A program made the position numbers and the translations under genes. A stretch of 64,000 bases of DNA from an uncultured Clostridia bacterium. GTDB lineage: Bacteria; Bacillota; Clostridia; TANB77; CAG-508. The notes under the pieces were generated by a model, which saw only the letters and a list, made by a program, of their open reading frames with translations, ran no database searches and had not been told where the DNA came from. The stretch lies in NCBI GenBank assembly GCA_944393465.1, contig CALYAG010000008.1:6990-70989 (forward strand), in the 5' to 3' direction. Positions 21,058 through 31,152 of the stretch are shown piece after piece; positions within the stretch are counted from its first letter, which is position 1; the number at the start of each line of letters is the position of its first letter.

Positions 21058-21438
21058 ATGTTAATTGGTCAAAATATAATAGAAGATTATAAAGACACTT
21101 TTACAAAAGAGTTTAAAGAGTATAAAGAAACACAGAAAAAAATAACAAAAATTAAATCTATAATTTATGAAAAAAATAATTCATACAAATTGCCAGATGG
21201 TAGAACAATTCAAGAGGCATTAGTAGATAATACTAACTTAAGAAAGATGAAAAATCTATACAATTTTTTACTTTCTCAAAGAAGCATAAAAAAGAGAGTT
21301 ACAGAAGTAAACAACTCATATTTTGAAAGCAAAACAATTAATTATGACATTGACAAAATCGAAAAGGAATATGAAGAACTTGAAAAGAAAATTCAAGATA
21401 CAGATTATGTATTAATTATAATTTTTTGTTACAAGTAA
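21058..21438 (+). CDS. Hypothetical coiled-coil protein
   Basis: 126-aa ORF with no clear RBS. Its 5' end overlaps the promoter of the divergent islet gene. Confidence 0.3.
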   Translation: MLIGQNIIEDYKDTFTKEFKEYKETQKKITKIKSIIYEKNNSYKLPDGRTIQEALVDNTNLRKMKNLYNFLLSQRSIKKRVTEVNNSYFESKTINYDIDKIEKEYEELEKKIQDTDYVLIIIFCYK

Positions 21439-21837
21439 ATCTATTAATAAAAATAGAGATGAATAAAAAGGTTGAATTTATTAAAATTAAAAATAAAATA
21501 TGAGGAAATGGGGCGGGCATGCAGTTACTTTGTAACAGTATGCCTGTTTTTGGATATGTCAAAACTTGTCGAAAAGTTTTTAGCATAAAATTGCAAATAA
21601 CTATTGACATAAACTGGAAAAGAATGTAAAATATCTCCATACAATTTAAAGTAAAATATTGTTAATCAATAAGCTTATTTTCAAAATTAACAATCAAAAG
21701 CAGATTGTAAATAATGCATTATTAAATCTAAATATTTTCCAAAAAAATCAAAAAAATTAATAATTATAGTAAAATGAAATACTTTCGAAAAATCGTTGCA
21801 TTTTAAATTCTATTTTGCTATAATGGAAAGGAAGCAG

Positions 21838-22746
21838 ATGGATAATATACCAAGCAAGATAAAAAACTTTCCACTTTTAAATGATGTCATTTTTAAAAGA
21901 GTTTTTACTAAAAAAGAAAAAAGTGGAATATTGGAGGACTTTTTAAGCTCAATCTTAAATGTAAAAATTAAGAAGGCAATAGTCAAAAATGAAGAAATAC
22001 CAAAAGATGCATTAAAAGAAAAATTAAGCGTATTAGATATTAGGGCAGAAACAGACAATAATAAAATAGTAGATGTAGAAATGCAGGTAAAAAATCAGTA
22101 CAATACAAAGCAAAGAGGAGTTTATTACATGAGCAAGAACATAGCTACACAGTTATTAATCGGAGAAAAATATCAAAATATAAAGCCTTCTGTAATAATA
22201 CTAATATTAAATTATAATCTATACAAAGTAAATTCATACCACGAGATAGCTCATATGAAGTTAGACAAAACAAAAGATGAAAATTATATAAACCTAGGAT
22301 ACGTAGACGAGGAAGAAGAGGCAACAGATATGCTAGAAATGCATATTATAGAATTACCTAAGTATAGAAAGAAAAAAGACAAAACTTATACTAAAAAAGA
22401 ACAATGGCTTAGCTTAATAGCTGGCGGGAAGGAGAAAAAAATGGCAAGATTAGATGAACCAAAAGTAAAAGAAGCATTGAAGTTAGTAGAGGAAGTACTA
22501 GCGGATTCAAAAGAAAGAGATTTATATGAAAGTAGGAAGTTAGCTCAATATGATAGATATTGTGTAAGAAAACATGGAGAAGAGATTGGCCGTAAAAAAG
22601 GTATTAGAGAAGAACGTGAGAAAAATATTAAAAAGTTAACAGCATCTAGCAAAAATTTATTTAAAATGGGAATGCAAAAAGAGCAAATAGCAAAAGCATT
22701 GGAAATACCTGTCCAGCAAGTGGAAGAATATTTAAAAATGGCATAA
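21838..22746 (+). CDS. Rpn-family recombination-promoting nuclease / PD-(D/E)XK putative transposase (paralog 1)
   Basis: LLNDVIFKRVF..., SVLDIRAETDNNKIVDVEMQ (PD-(D/E)XK core) and MHIIELPK motifs. Paralog at 58568. Confidence 0.7.
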   Translation: MDNIPSKIKNFPLLNDVIFKRVFTKKEKSGILEDFLSSILNVKIKKAIVKNEEIPKDALKEKLSVLDIRAETDNNKIVDVEMQVKNQYNTKQRGVYYMSKNIATQLLIGEKYQNIKPSVIILILNYNLYKVNSYHEIAHMKLDKTKDENYINLGYVDEEEEATDMLEMHIIELPKYRKKKDKTYTKKEQWLSLIAGGKEKKMARLDEPKVKEALKLVEEVLADSKERDLYESRKLAQYDRYCVRKHGEEIGRKKGIREEREKNIKKLTASSKNLFKMGMQKEQIAKALEIPVQQVEEYLKMA

Positions 22747-22778
22747 AAATATCTGTTTTTGAAAAAATGTCATGTAAT

Positions 22779-22806
22779 TTGACAATCTGCTCAAATATGT
22801 TATAAT
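22779..22806 (+). promoter_or_regulatory. Sigma-A-type promoter of rnpB
   Basis: TTGACA, a 16-nt spacer ending in TGt, then TATAAT. The predicted start is about 7 nt downstream, at the rnpB 5' end. Confidence 0.6.
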
Positions 22807-22812
22807 TAAAAG

Positions 22813-23164
22813 GTGAGTAAGCTGAGTAATCGCGCATTGTCAGTGCCGAAAGGCGACGTGTGAGGAAAGTCCGGGCCCCATAGAGCAAGGATGCTGGATA
22901 ACGTCCAGTAGGGGTGACCTTAAGGAAAGTGCAACAGAAAATAACCGCCTAAATTTTATTTAGGTAAGGGTGAAAAGGCGAGGTAAGAGCTCACCGTAGA
23001 TGTGGTGACACATCTAGCCGTGTAAACCCCATCTGGAGCAACACCGAGACTAGGAGGCTAAGACTGCTCGTCATCTCCTTAATTTGGTGGCATGAGGTAT
23101 GTAGTGATACATATCCTAGATAAATGATTACTTTAAACAGAACCCGGCTTACAGGCTTACTCAC
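22813..23164 (+). ncRNA. rnpB: RNase P RNA
   Basis: Universal P4 strands GAGGAAAGTCCGGGC and ACAGAACCCGGCTTA. The 5' gtgagtaagc pairs with the 3' gcttactcac (P1). Confidence 0.9.
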
Positions 23165-23215
23165 AATTTTTTTATGTCTAATTGGACGGTTCTTTTTGAA
23201 ACATTTAACATCATT

Positions 23216-24064
23216 TTAAAATTTAAAGGGAATAGGCGAAGTTATTTCTATTTCTTTTTTAGTAATAGGATGTACAAACCTTATCCTATAAGCATGAAGG
23301 GCTTGTCTGTCGATTAAATCCGAAGGCTTGCCGTATAAAGTATCTCCTAATATTGAATGACCAATATATGCCATATGAACACGTATTTGATGAGTTCTGC
23401 CAGTATGCAAAATGCATTTTACTTCTGTTAAATTTTCTCCATCAATATTAAAATTTTTTACTACTTCATATTCAGTAATAGTCTTTTCTCCATCATTAGA
23501 TACACATCTTTCAATAATGCTATCGCCCTTTCTTTTTATAGGTTTATCAATAATTCCTTTACCTTCTAATTTACCAACAACTATTGCAATATATTCTTTT
23601 GTGTAATCTTTGAGCCTTGATTGAATATATTCATTTTTCGCAAACATGACAATTCCAGAAGTATCTTTGTCTAATCTGTTTATTGGTCTAATTAACCTAT
23701 GTAAATTAATAGAATCATAGTAATACTTTAAACCATTAGATAGGCTGTTTTCATAATGATTAAGTGAAGGATGAACAGGCATATGAGGAGGCTTGTCTAT
23801 AATAATTAAACTATCATCTTCATATAAAATTTTTAAATCCATTTTAACAGGAACAATATTTGAATTATCTTCTTCAAAATTCAAATCAACTTCAATTAAA
23901 TCATTTTCTTTAACAGGAAAATCTAAATAAATGTCATTTGAACCATTTAAATATATTTTTTTATTCTGTTTCAATTTAAGTAATAATCTATTTGAAATTC
24001 CAAAGTGTTCTTTTAATACTTGTCTAATATTTATTCCATCTTTTACAACATAATTTAAGTCCAT
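23216..24064 (-). CDS. RluA-family 23S rRNA pseudouridine synthase (RluD-like, S4 domain)
   Basis: HRLDKDTSG-like motif (NRLDKDTSG) and GRTHQIRVHM. Confidence 0.85.
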   Translation of the reverse strand: MDLNYVVKDGINIRQVLKEHFGISNRLLLKLKQNKKIYLNGSNDIYLDFPVKENDLIEVDLNFEEDNSNIVPVKMDLKILYEDDSLIIIDKPPHMPVHPSLNHYENSLSNGLKYYYDSINLHRLIRPINRLDKDTSGIVMFAKNEYIQSRLKDYTKEYIAIVVGKLEGKGIIDKPIKRKGDSIIERCVSNDGEKTITEYEVVKNFNIDGENLTEVKCILHTGRTHQIRVHMAYIGHSILGDTLYGKPSDLIDRQALHAYRIRFVHPITKKEIEITSPIPFKF

Positions 24065-24080
24065 AAGAAGCTCCTTTTAA

Positions 24081-24254
24081 TTTTTTTCAGTTGGGGACGG
24101 TCCTAAAACGAAAAAAATATAATAGATGTAATTTTATTTGTAATAAAAAATTTTTTCGTTTTAGGACCGTCCCCAACTGAAAAAATAAAAATAATAGATA
24201 TAATTTTTATTTGTAATAAAAAATTTTCGTTTTAGGACCGTCCCCAACTGAAAA
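24081..24254. repeat. Three copies of a ~30-nt GC-cored repeat (one inverted, two direct) forming a ~35-bp perfect hairpin plus a tandem ~70-bp duplication
   Basis: cagttggggacggtcctaaaacgaaaaa at 24088-24115 is the reverse complement of ttttcgttttaggaccgtccccaactg at 24151-24179, and the latter recurs at 24224-24250. The intervening AT-rich segments are near-identical. Confidence 0.85.
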
Positions 24255-24329
24255 TCTTGCTAAAAATATTTTACCAAAAATGTTGTACTTTTTCCATATT
24301 TTTTATATAATTAGTTCGGAGGTTAAGTT

Positions 24330-25349
24330 ATGAAATTTATTGAAAAAATTAAAGAACAAGCAAGAAAAGATATAAAAACTATAATCTTACCTGAAACTGA
24401 AGATATAAGAGTTTTAAAAGGTGCCGAAATCGTACTAAAAGAAAAAACTGCAAATATTATTTTAATTGGAAATGAAGATGAAATTAGCAAGCTTTCTAAA
24501 GAAAATAATATTAATATCGAAGGTGCAAAAATAGTTAACCCTGAATCTTGTGATAAGTTTGAAGAATATGCAAATTTTCTATATGAATTAAGAAAAGCAA
24601 AGGGCATGACAATAGAAAATGCAAGAAAGCTTTTGAAAGAAAATTCTAGATATTTTGCAACTATGATGGTAAAAATGGGAGATGCAGATGGTTTTGTATC
24701 AGGAGCATCACATCCTACATCAGATACACTAAGACCTGTTCTTCAAATTATTAAAGGTAGACCTGGGGTAAAAACTGTTTCTGCATTTTTTATTATGTGT
24801 ATGCCTACAAATGAATTTGGAGAAGATGGAGTATTTATTTATGCAGATAGTGGCATGAATGAAAATCCAACAGCTGAGCAACTTTCAGATATTGCAATTA
24901 CTTCTAGTGAATCTTTTATGGAGTTAGTAAACCCAGAAGGCACACCTAAAATTGCAATGCTTTCATATTCTACAAAGGGTAGTGCCCATTCTGAACTTAC
25001 TGAAAAAGTTGTGGAGGCTACTAAACTTGCACATGAAAAGGCTCCAGATTTACTTTTGGATGGAGAATTACAATTAGATGCTGCTATAATTCCAGAAGTA
25101 GCTGAAAGAAAAGCACCTGGTAGTCCTATAAAGGGAAATGCTAATATTTTAGTATTCCCGGACTTAAACGCAGGAAATATTGGATATAAACTAACTCAAA
25201 GGCTAGCTCATGCAGAAGCATATGGACCACTTTGCCAAGGCTTGGATAAACCAGTAAATGACCTGTCTAGAGGATGCAGTGCAGAAGACATTGCAGGTGT
25301 TGTGGCAATAACAGTTGTTCAAGCACAGCACAACGAAAGGAGAAAATAA
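24330..25349 (+). CDS. pta: Phosphate acetyltransferase
   Basis: PTA_PTB-family motifs and the classic pta-ackA arrangement. Confidence 0.9.
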   Translation: MKFIEKIKEQARKDIKTIILPETEDIRVLKGAEIVLKEKTANIILIGNEDEISKLSKENNINIEGAKIVNPESCDKFEEYANFLYELRKAKGMTIENARKLLKENSRYFATMMVKMGDADGFVSGASHPTSDTLRPVLQIIKGRPGVKTVSAFFIMCMPTNEFGEDGVFIYADSGMNENPTAEQLSDIAITSSESFMELVNPEGTPKIAMLSYSTKGSAHSELTEKVVEATKLAHEKAPDLLLDGELQLDAAIIPEVAERKAPGSPIKGNANILVFPDLNAGNIGYKLTQRLAHAEAYGPLCQGLDKPVNDLSRGCSAEDIAGVVAITVVQAQHNERRK

Positions 25350-26552
25350 ATGTTAATTTTAGTTTTAAATTCAGGTAGTTCATCGCTTAAATATCAACTT
25401 ATAGACACAATTACCAAAGAAGTACTTGCAAAAGGCAATTTTGAACGTATTGGACAAAAAGATGCTTTTTTAACACACAAAGTAGGAGATGAAAAGCATA
25501 AATTCGAACTAGAAGTAGAAAATCACGAAATGGCTTTGAACATAATATTAGGAAAGTTAACTAGTAAAACTTATGGAGTTATTAGTGGTATAGATAAAAT
25601 AGATGCAATTGGGCATAGAGTTGTGCATGGAGGTAATAAATTCACAGAGTCTGTTTTAATTACAGATGAAGTCATTAAACAAATAGAGGATTGTATACCA
25701 CTTGCACCACTTCATAATCCATCAGCTTTAGCAGGTATAAGAGCTTGCCAAGAAATTTTACCTGGTAAGCCAATGGTTGCTGCATTTGATACTGCATTCC
25801 ATCAAACTATTCCAAAAGAAAGATATATTTATCCAATACCATACAAATTCTTAGATAAATATGGTATGAGAAAGTACGGATTTCACGGACTTTCTCATAA
25901 ATATGTAGCAAATAGAGTATCTGAACTTAAAGGTGTTCCAATTGAAAATTTAAAAATAGTAAATTGCCACTTGGGTCAAGGCGCAAGTATATGTGCTATT
26001 CAAAACGGAAAGTCAGTAGATACATCAATGGGCTTTACACCACTTGGAGGAATTCCAATGGGTACACGTTCAGGAGATTTAGACCCATCAATAGTTACAT
26101 ATATTATGAAAAATGAAAATCTAACTCCAGATGAAATTGACAACATACTTAATAAAAAATCAGGAGTATTTGGTGTATCTGAGGTTTCAGTTGACTTTAG
26201 AGATATTGAGGCAGAAGCTGAAAGAGGGGACCATAATGCAATCTTAGCTATGAAAATATTTATTTATGATGTTGCTCAAACAATTGCTAAATATGCAGTT
26301 GCAATGCAAGGCATAGATGTGATAACATTTACAGCAGGCGTTGGTGAAAAAGGAATTGAAGATAGAGAATATATTTGCGAGCAATTAAAGTGCTTTGGAG
26401 TAAAACTAGATAAAGAGTTAAACAATGGCAAAAACATAGAAAGAAAGGTATCAACTGAAGATTCAAAAATAGAAGTATGGGTGGTTCCAACAAATGAGGA
26501 ATTACTTATAGCAGAAGATACTGAAAAAATTGTTAAAGGAATGCAAGTTTAA
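25350..26552 (+). CDS. ackA: Acetate kinase
   Basis: LVLNSGSSSLKYQL, GHRVVHGG, FDTAFHQT and VPTNEE motifs. Confidence 0.9.
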   Translation: MLILVLNSGSSSLKYQLIDTITKEVLAKGNFERIGQKDAFLTHKVGDEKHKFELEVENHEMALNIILGKLTSKTYGVISGIDKIDAIGHRVVHGGNKFTESVLITDEVIKQIEDCIPLAPLHNPSALAGIRACQEILPGKPMVAAFDTAFHQTIPKERYIYPIPYKFLDKYGMRKYGFHGLSHKYVANRVSELKGVPIENLKIVNCHLGQGASICAIQNGKSVDTSMGFTPLGGIPMGTRSGDLDPSIVTYIMKNENLTPDEIDNILNKKSGVFGVSEVSVDFRDIEAEAERGDHNAILAMKIFIYDVAQTIAKYAVAMQGIDVITFTAGVGEKGIEDREYICEQLKCFGVKLDKELNNGKNIERKVSTEDSKIEVWVVPTNEELLIAEDTEKIVKGMQV

Positions 26553-26623
26553 TTTAAAAGTTAAAATGCAATCAAGTTTTATTGATAAAAATTTATAAAA
26601 AAATAGAAAGGAAACAAGTTATT

Positions 26624-27817
26624 ATGAAAATTTTAGTAATCAATTGTGGAAGTTCATCACTTAAATATCAATTAATAGATATGGACGGAGAAAAATTAAT
26701 AGCAAAAGGAACATATGAAAGAATAGGAGAAGCATCATTTTTGACACATAAAATAAATGGTCAAAAATATGTTTTACAAAATCCAGTAAAAACACATAAA
26801 GAGGCTTTAAACTTTGCAATAGAGCAATTGCTTAATAAAGACTATCCAGCAATTGCTTCACTAGATGAAATCGGAGCAATTGGACATAGAACAGTGCATG
26901 GTGGAGAATATTTTAAAGAATCAGTTATTATAGATGATGAAGTCATAAAAAGAATTGAAGAATGTTCAAGTTTAGCACCAGTACACAATCCATGTTCTTT
27001 AATTGGTATAAGAGCTTGCCAAGAGTTAATGCCAGGAAAGCCAATGGTTGCAGTATTTGATACAGCATTCCATCAAACAATACCAGAAGAAAGATATATT
27101 TATCCAATTCCATACAAATATTATGAAAAATATAAAATAAGAAAATATGGTTTCCATGGAACATCTCACTACTATGTATCACGCAGAATTGCAGAGCTTA
27201 TGGGAAAAAATGTAGAAGATTTAAAAATCGTTAATTGCCATTTAGGTCAAGGTGCAAGTATATGCGCAATACAAAATGGTAAATCAGTTGAAACATCAAT
27301 GGGACTAACACCTATTTCAGGAATTCCAATGTGCTCACGTTCTGGAGATTTAGACCCATCAATTGTTACATTTTTAATGAAAAATGAAAACTTAACTCCA
27401 GATGAAATGGACGATATGCTTAATAAAGAATCAGGACTATGGGGAATTTCTGGAGTCAGCAAAGATGTAAGAGATATAGAAGCTGCTGTAGATGAAGGAA
27501 ATGAAAGAGCTAAACTTGCTTTAGATTATTACAAATATATAATAGCTCAAACAATAGCAAAATATGCTGTATCAATGCAAGGAATAGATGTTATAACATT
27601 TACAGCAGGTGTTGGTGAAAATCAAACGAGAGTAAGAAAAGGCATTTGTGATAACTTAAAATTCATGGGAATAAAAATGGATGATGAAAAAAATAAAGCT
27701 AAATCAGAAGAAATATGTATATCAAGCGATGACTCTAGCATTCCTGTTTGGATAGTACCAACAAACGAAGAGCTTGTTATTGCAAGAGATACACTAAGAT
27801 TAGTTACAGGCAAATAA
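26624..27817 (+). CDS. ackA: Acetate kinase paralog (second tandem copy)
   Basis: Same motif set (LVINCGSSSLKYQL, GHRTVHGG, FDTAFHQT, VPTNEE). ATG 26624 follows an AGAAAGGAAA RBS. Confidence 0.85.
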   Translation: MKILVINCGSSSLKYQLIDMDGEKLIAKGTYERIGEASFLTHKINGQKYVLQNPVKTHKEALNFAIEQLLNKDYPAIASLDEIGAIGHRTVHGGEYFKESVIIDDEVIKRIEECSSLAPVHNPCSLIGIRACQELMPGKPMVAVFDTAFHQTIPEERYIYPIPYKYYEKYKIRKYGFHGTSHYYVSRRIAELMGKNVEDLKIVNCHLGQGASICAIQNGKSVETSMGLTPISGIPMCSRSGDLDPSIVTFLMKNENLTPDEMDDMLNKESGLWGISGVSKDVRDIEAAVDEGNERAKLALDYYKYIIAQTIAKYAVSMQGIDVITFTAGVGENQTRVRKGICDNLKFMGIKMDDEKNKAKSEEICISSDDSSIPVWIVPTNEELVIARDTLRLVTGK

Positions 27818-27889
27818 TTTATTAAAACTTTTAAACAATATAAGTGATAATTGACTGTAACCGAAAAAAATGATTGAAGGGAACAAGCA

Positions 27890-28615
27890 ATGAGTAATAT
27901 AGAAAATAAAAAGCAAGCTGTTACGAACAGTAAAAATCATAGTAAAAAGTTAAACTTAAACAAAAAAAATAAGTTAACATGGAAAGAAGTATATCAAAAA
28001 TGCAATCATAGTAGATTTAGCCAAGTTACAAATGTGCTAAAGACAGCTGAAATAAAGTCAAATTTGAGGAATTTATTAAAAAACTATGGAAAAATAATTT
28101 TAATAGCATTTATAGTTATTATGGTATTTTTAATAGCAACCTTTTGGAATAACTTAACCATATTACTTTATGCTGTGCTTTTGCTTTTTGCTTTGTGTAC
28201 ATTTGCAATAATATATGGTACATATTATGTAAAACTAGAAGAGGATGGAGTAAGATTTAAAATAAATTTTCAAGAAACAAACATTCCATACAATAAACTA
28301 ATAGGAATTTATTTAACAAAAAGTAAAAGAAGATTTTTCTTTATTCCAGTATATTATTATGCACTAGAGATTACTGAGTATATAGATTCAGAAAAAATGA
28401 ATATATTCTCTTTTCCTACAATTATGCTTAATAAAAAAGAAGTAATAAAATTTTTTGATGCTTTTGAAGTAAATGTAATAGAAAGTGAAGAAAAGAAAGA
28501 AGAAAAGATTAACGAAGAAAAGAAAAATTTTCATAAAGCAATTGGAATAGTTATAGCAATAATATTAATTATTGCTTTAGTTGTGTCAATTATATTGTAT
28601 GCTTTTATTAATTAA
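27890..28615 (+). CDS. Hypothetical membrane protein
   Basis: 241-aa ORF with a basic N-terminus, two central TM helices and one C-terminal TM helix. Confidence 0.5.
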   Translation: MSNIENKKQAVTNSKNHSKKLNLNKKNKLTWKEVYQKCNHSRFSQVTNVLKTAEIKSNLRNLLKNYGKIILIAFIVIMVFLIATFWNNLTILLYAVLLLFALCTFAIIYGTYYVKLEEDGVRFKINFQETNIPYNKLIGIYLTKSKRRFFFIPVYYYALEITEYIDSEKMNIFSFPTIMLNKKEVIKFFDAFEVNVIESEEKKEEKINEEKKNFHKAIGIVIAIILIIALVVSIILYAFIN

Positions 28616-28810
28616 TGCTAAGTGGAGTATGATATAAAAAAGAGATTTGGCAAGACACTTAAAGATTGTTAATAAGAAAAATGTATATTGTAGTTTAGGT
28701 ACATATTAAAGCAAAAGCACATATAATAAACTAAGGCAACATAAATTGCCTAAAAATAGAATTTTTATAATTAAATTTTCTATTTATATTAATAAAAAGA
28801 GGCAAATGCA

Positions 28811-30034
28811 ATGGAAACAATTGTATTAAAATTTGGAGGAAGCTCTCTTTCGGATAATTTAAATCTAAATATTGTAGCAAAAAAAATAATTGAGCTTAAG
28901 GAAGAAGAAAATAAAATAATTTGTGTAGTTTCAGCTCAAGGAAAAACAACAGATAATCTTATAAAGGAGGCAAAAGAACTAAGTGCAGTACCAAATGAAA
29001 GAGAAATGGATGCTCTTTTAAGTACTGGAGAGCAAGTTTCTGCTGCAAAACTTGCAATATTACTAAATATGCTTGGCTACAAGGCTATATCTCTTACAGG
29101 ATGGCAAGCTGGCATTTATACAAATTCAGACTATCAGTCTTCTAAAATAATAAATATAGATGTTACAAGAATGAATAAAGAACTTGAAAAAGGCAACATA
29201 GTTATTGTAACAGGGTTCCAAGGAATTGATGAAAAGCAAAACATAACTACACTAGGTAGAGGCGGTTCAGACACAACAGCTGTTGCAATTGCTGCTGCTG
29301 TAAAGGCTGCACATTGCTATATTTTCTCAGATGTAGATGGTGTATATACAGCAGATCCAAGAGATGTTAAATTAGCACATAAATTAAATTCTATTTCGTA
29401 TGAAGAGATGTCATATATTTCTGGTGAAGGTGCTAAGGTGCTTCATGACCGCTGTGTAGAGCTTGCAGAAAAGTATAATATGCCAATTATAGCTGCTTGT
29501 ACATTTAACAAAAATAAAGGAACGGAAATTTGTAATTCGCAATCTAGTAAAAAACAAAGTCCAAAAGATTTAAAAGAATCTAACAACTATAGCAACATGG
29601 AAGAAACAATAATTAAAAGTATAATTAAAAATGATAATATTTTAATTGTGCAAATAGAAGGCTCAAGCAAAACATTTGAACTATTAAAAAAGCTTACTAA
29701 GAACAACATAAAAATAGGCAAATATAATTATGAAAATAAAACGCTTAATTTTACAATAAATAAATCAGATAGAGCTAAACTTGAAAAAATACTTGATAAA
29801 GAAAAAGGTTGCACAACAATTAAATCTGTTACAAAGATTTCAATTGTGGGTTCAGGAATTTCAAATCATCTTGAAATACTAGAACTAATTTTAAAATCAT
29901 TAGAAGAAATAAAAGACAATATTATAGATATTGATGTTTCTGCTTGCAAAATATCTGTTTTGTTTGATAGTATCATAGACACAAAATACTTAAATGAACT
30001 CCATAATTCTTTACTCGAGAAGAAATATATTTAG
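28811..30034 (+). CDS. Aspartate kinase
   Basis: KFGGSSL, GRGGSDTTA and C-terminal ACT-like repeats. Confidence 0.85.
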   Translation: METIVLKFGGSSLSDNLNLNIVAKKIIELKEEENKIICVVSAQGKTTDNLIKEAKELSAVPNEREMDALLSTGEQVSAAKLAILLNMLGYKAISLTGWQAGIYTNSDYQSSKIINIDVTRMNKELEKGNIVIVTGFQGIDEKQNITTLGRGGSDTTAVAIAAAVKAAHCYIFSDVDGVYTADPRDVKLAHKLNSISYEEMSYISGEGAKVLHDRCVELAEKYNMPIIAACTFNKNKGTEICNSQSSKKQSPKDLKESNNYSNMEETIIKSIIKNDNILIVQIEGSSKTFELLKKLTKNNIKIGKYNYENKTLNFTINKSDRAKLEKILDKEKGCTTIKSVTKISIVGSGISNHLEILELILKSLEEIKDNIIDIDVSACKISVLFDSIIDTKYLNELHNSLLEKKYI

Positions 30035-30228
30035 AAATAATCTTAAACTTGATTTTACTATATAATTAAAAAGCACTCAAGGCAATAGTAAAAAAATTCT
30101 ATTGCTGTAGGGTGCTTTTTGTAATCTTTCTTCTTTCTTATAAAAATAGTGCAATGCAGGCATAAATAAATTAATTCCTGAATATAATTAATTATGAAAT
30201 TAATTTTAGACAAGTTTAGGAGGTAAAT

Positions 30229-30531
30229 ATGATTCAAGAAGAACGCAAGACAACTTTTAAAGATAATTCATCAACTGTTCAAAATTTAATATTGGAAAAT
30301 AGGGAAAAGCTTACAATTTCAGGAGTAATTGATGTACTGAGCTTTGACGACCAAATTGTTATACTAGAAACTGAGCTAGGTATGCTTACAATAAAAGGAG
30401 AGGACTTAAGAATTAACAAATTAAGTATAGACACTCAAGATGTAATTATTGAGGGAAATATTACAGCACTTACATATAGTGATAAAGAAGAAAAGAAAAA
30501 CGGAAGTTTACTAGGAAAAATATTTAAGTAA
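30229..30531 (+). CDS. yabP: Sporulation protein YabP
   Basis: 100 aa with a YabP-type repeat of beta-strand motifs (LTISGVIDVLSFDD..., LTIKGEDLRINKL). yabP-yabQ-divIC synteny. Confidence 0.85.
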   Translation: MIQEERKTTFKDNSSTVQNLILENREKLTISGVIDVLSFDDQIVILETELGMLTIKGEDLRINKLSIDTQDVIIEGNITALTYSDKEEKKNGSLLGKIFK

Positions 30532-30618
30532 ATCTAATAAATAATAATCAAAAAGTTTTATATATGGAAAAGGTTTTTATTAAAAAGTCTAAAAAACTTG
30601 CGAAAGGAAAATTTCAGT

Positions 30619-31152
30619 ATGAGTACATTTTTAAATAGTCAAATAGGTATTTTCCTTATATATTTTATAGCTGGAATGTTAATATGTTTAATATATGATG
30701 TGTTTAGGGCTTTAAGAAAAACAGTAAAAACGTCGGACTTTGTTACGAACTTAGAAGATACAATTTTTTGGATTTTTGTAGCAATATTTTTAATTTATTT
30801 AATATTTGTTTTAAATAATGGCAAAATACGTTTTTTTATGTTTATTGCCATTTGCTTAGGAGGTATTAGTTACTATTTTACTCTAAGTAAATATTTTATA
30901 AATATCTCAGTTCATATATTAGGAATTGTTAAAATAATGGTAAAAAAAATAATTAGCATATTAGTTATCCCATTAAAATTATTCCTTAAAATAAACAAAA
31001 AAGTTAAATGCATTGTGTGCATCAATTTAAAAAACATTAGTAAAAACATACATAAAAATTCAAAAAAGAAAATTCAAAATTCAAAAAAGAAAAGTAAATT
31101 ACATAAAATGTTTTATAAATTAAGGAAAAACAAAAAAGTAGTTAATGAATAA
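30619..31152 (+). CDS. yabQ: Spore cortex biosynthesis protein YabQ
   Basis: Membrane protein with a YabQ-like first helix (FLIYFIAGMLICLIYDVFRALRK). Position after yabP. Confidence 0.65.
   Translation: MSTFLNSQIGIFLIYFIAGMLICLIYDVFRALRKTVKTSDFVTNLEDTIFWIFVAIFLIYLIFVLNNGKIRFFMFIAICLGGISYYFTLSKYFINISVHILGIVKIMVKKIISILVIPLKLFLKINKKVKCIVCINLKNISKNIHKNSKKKIQNSKKKSKLHKMFYKLRKNKKVVNE

Noticed and set aside
21416-21640. Minus-strand 74-aa ORF in the intergenic region
   Set aside because: It has no RBS. It overlaps a hairpin at about 21515-21553 and a plus-strand TTGACA-17-TAAAAT promoter at about 21603-21631. It is probably noncoding.
24088-24250. Possible mini-CRISPR (repeat cgttttaggaccgtccccaactg with ~45-nt intervening segments)
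   Set aside because: There are only three copies and one is inverted. The apparent spacers are near-identical to each other, and no cas genes are present. It is a palindromic/tandem repeat element.
28616-28810. Possible lysine riboswitch or T-box upstream of aspartate kinase
   Set aside because: I found no recognisable L-box or T-box conserved core sequence and no terminator/antiterminator pair in this AT-rich leader. A cmscan run could overturn this.
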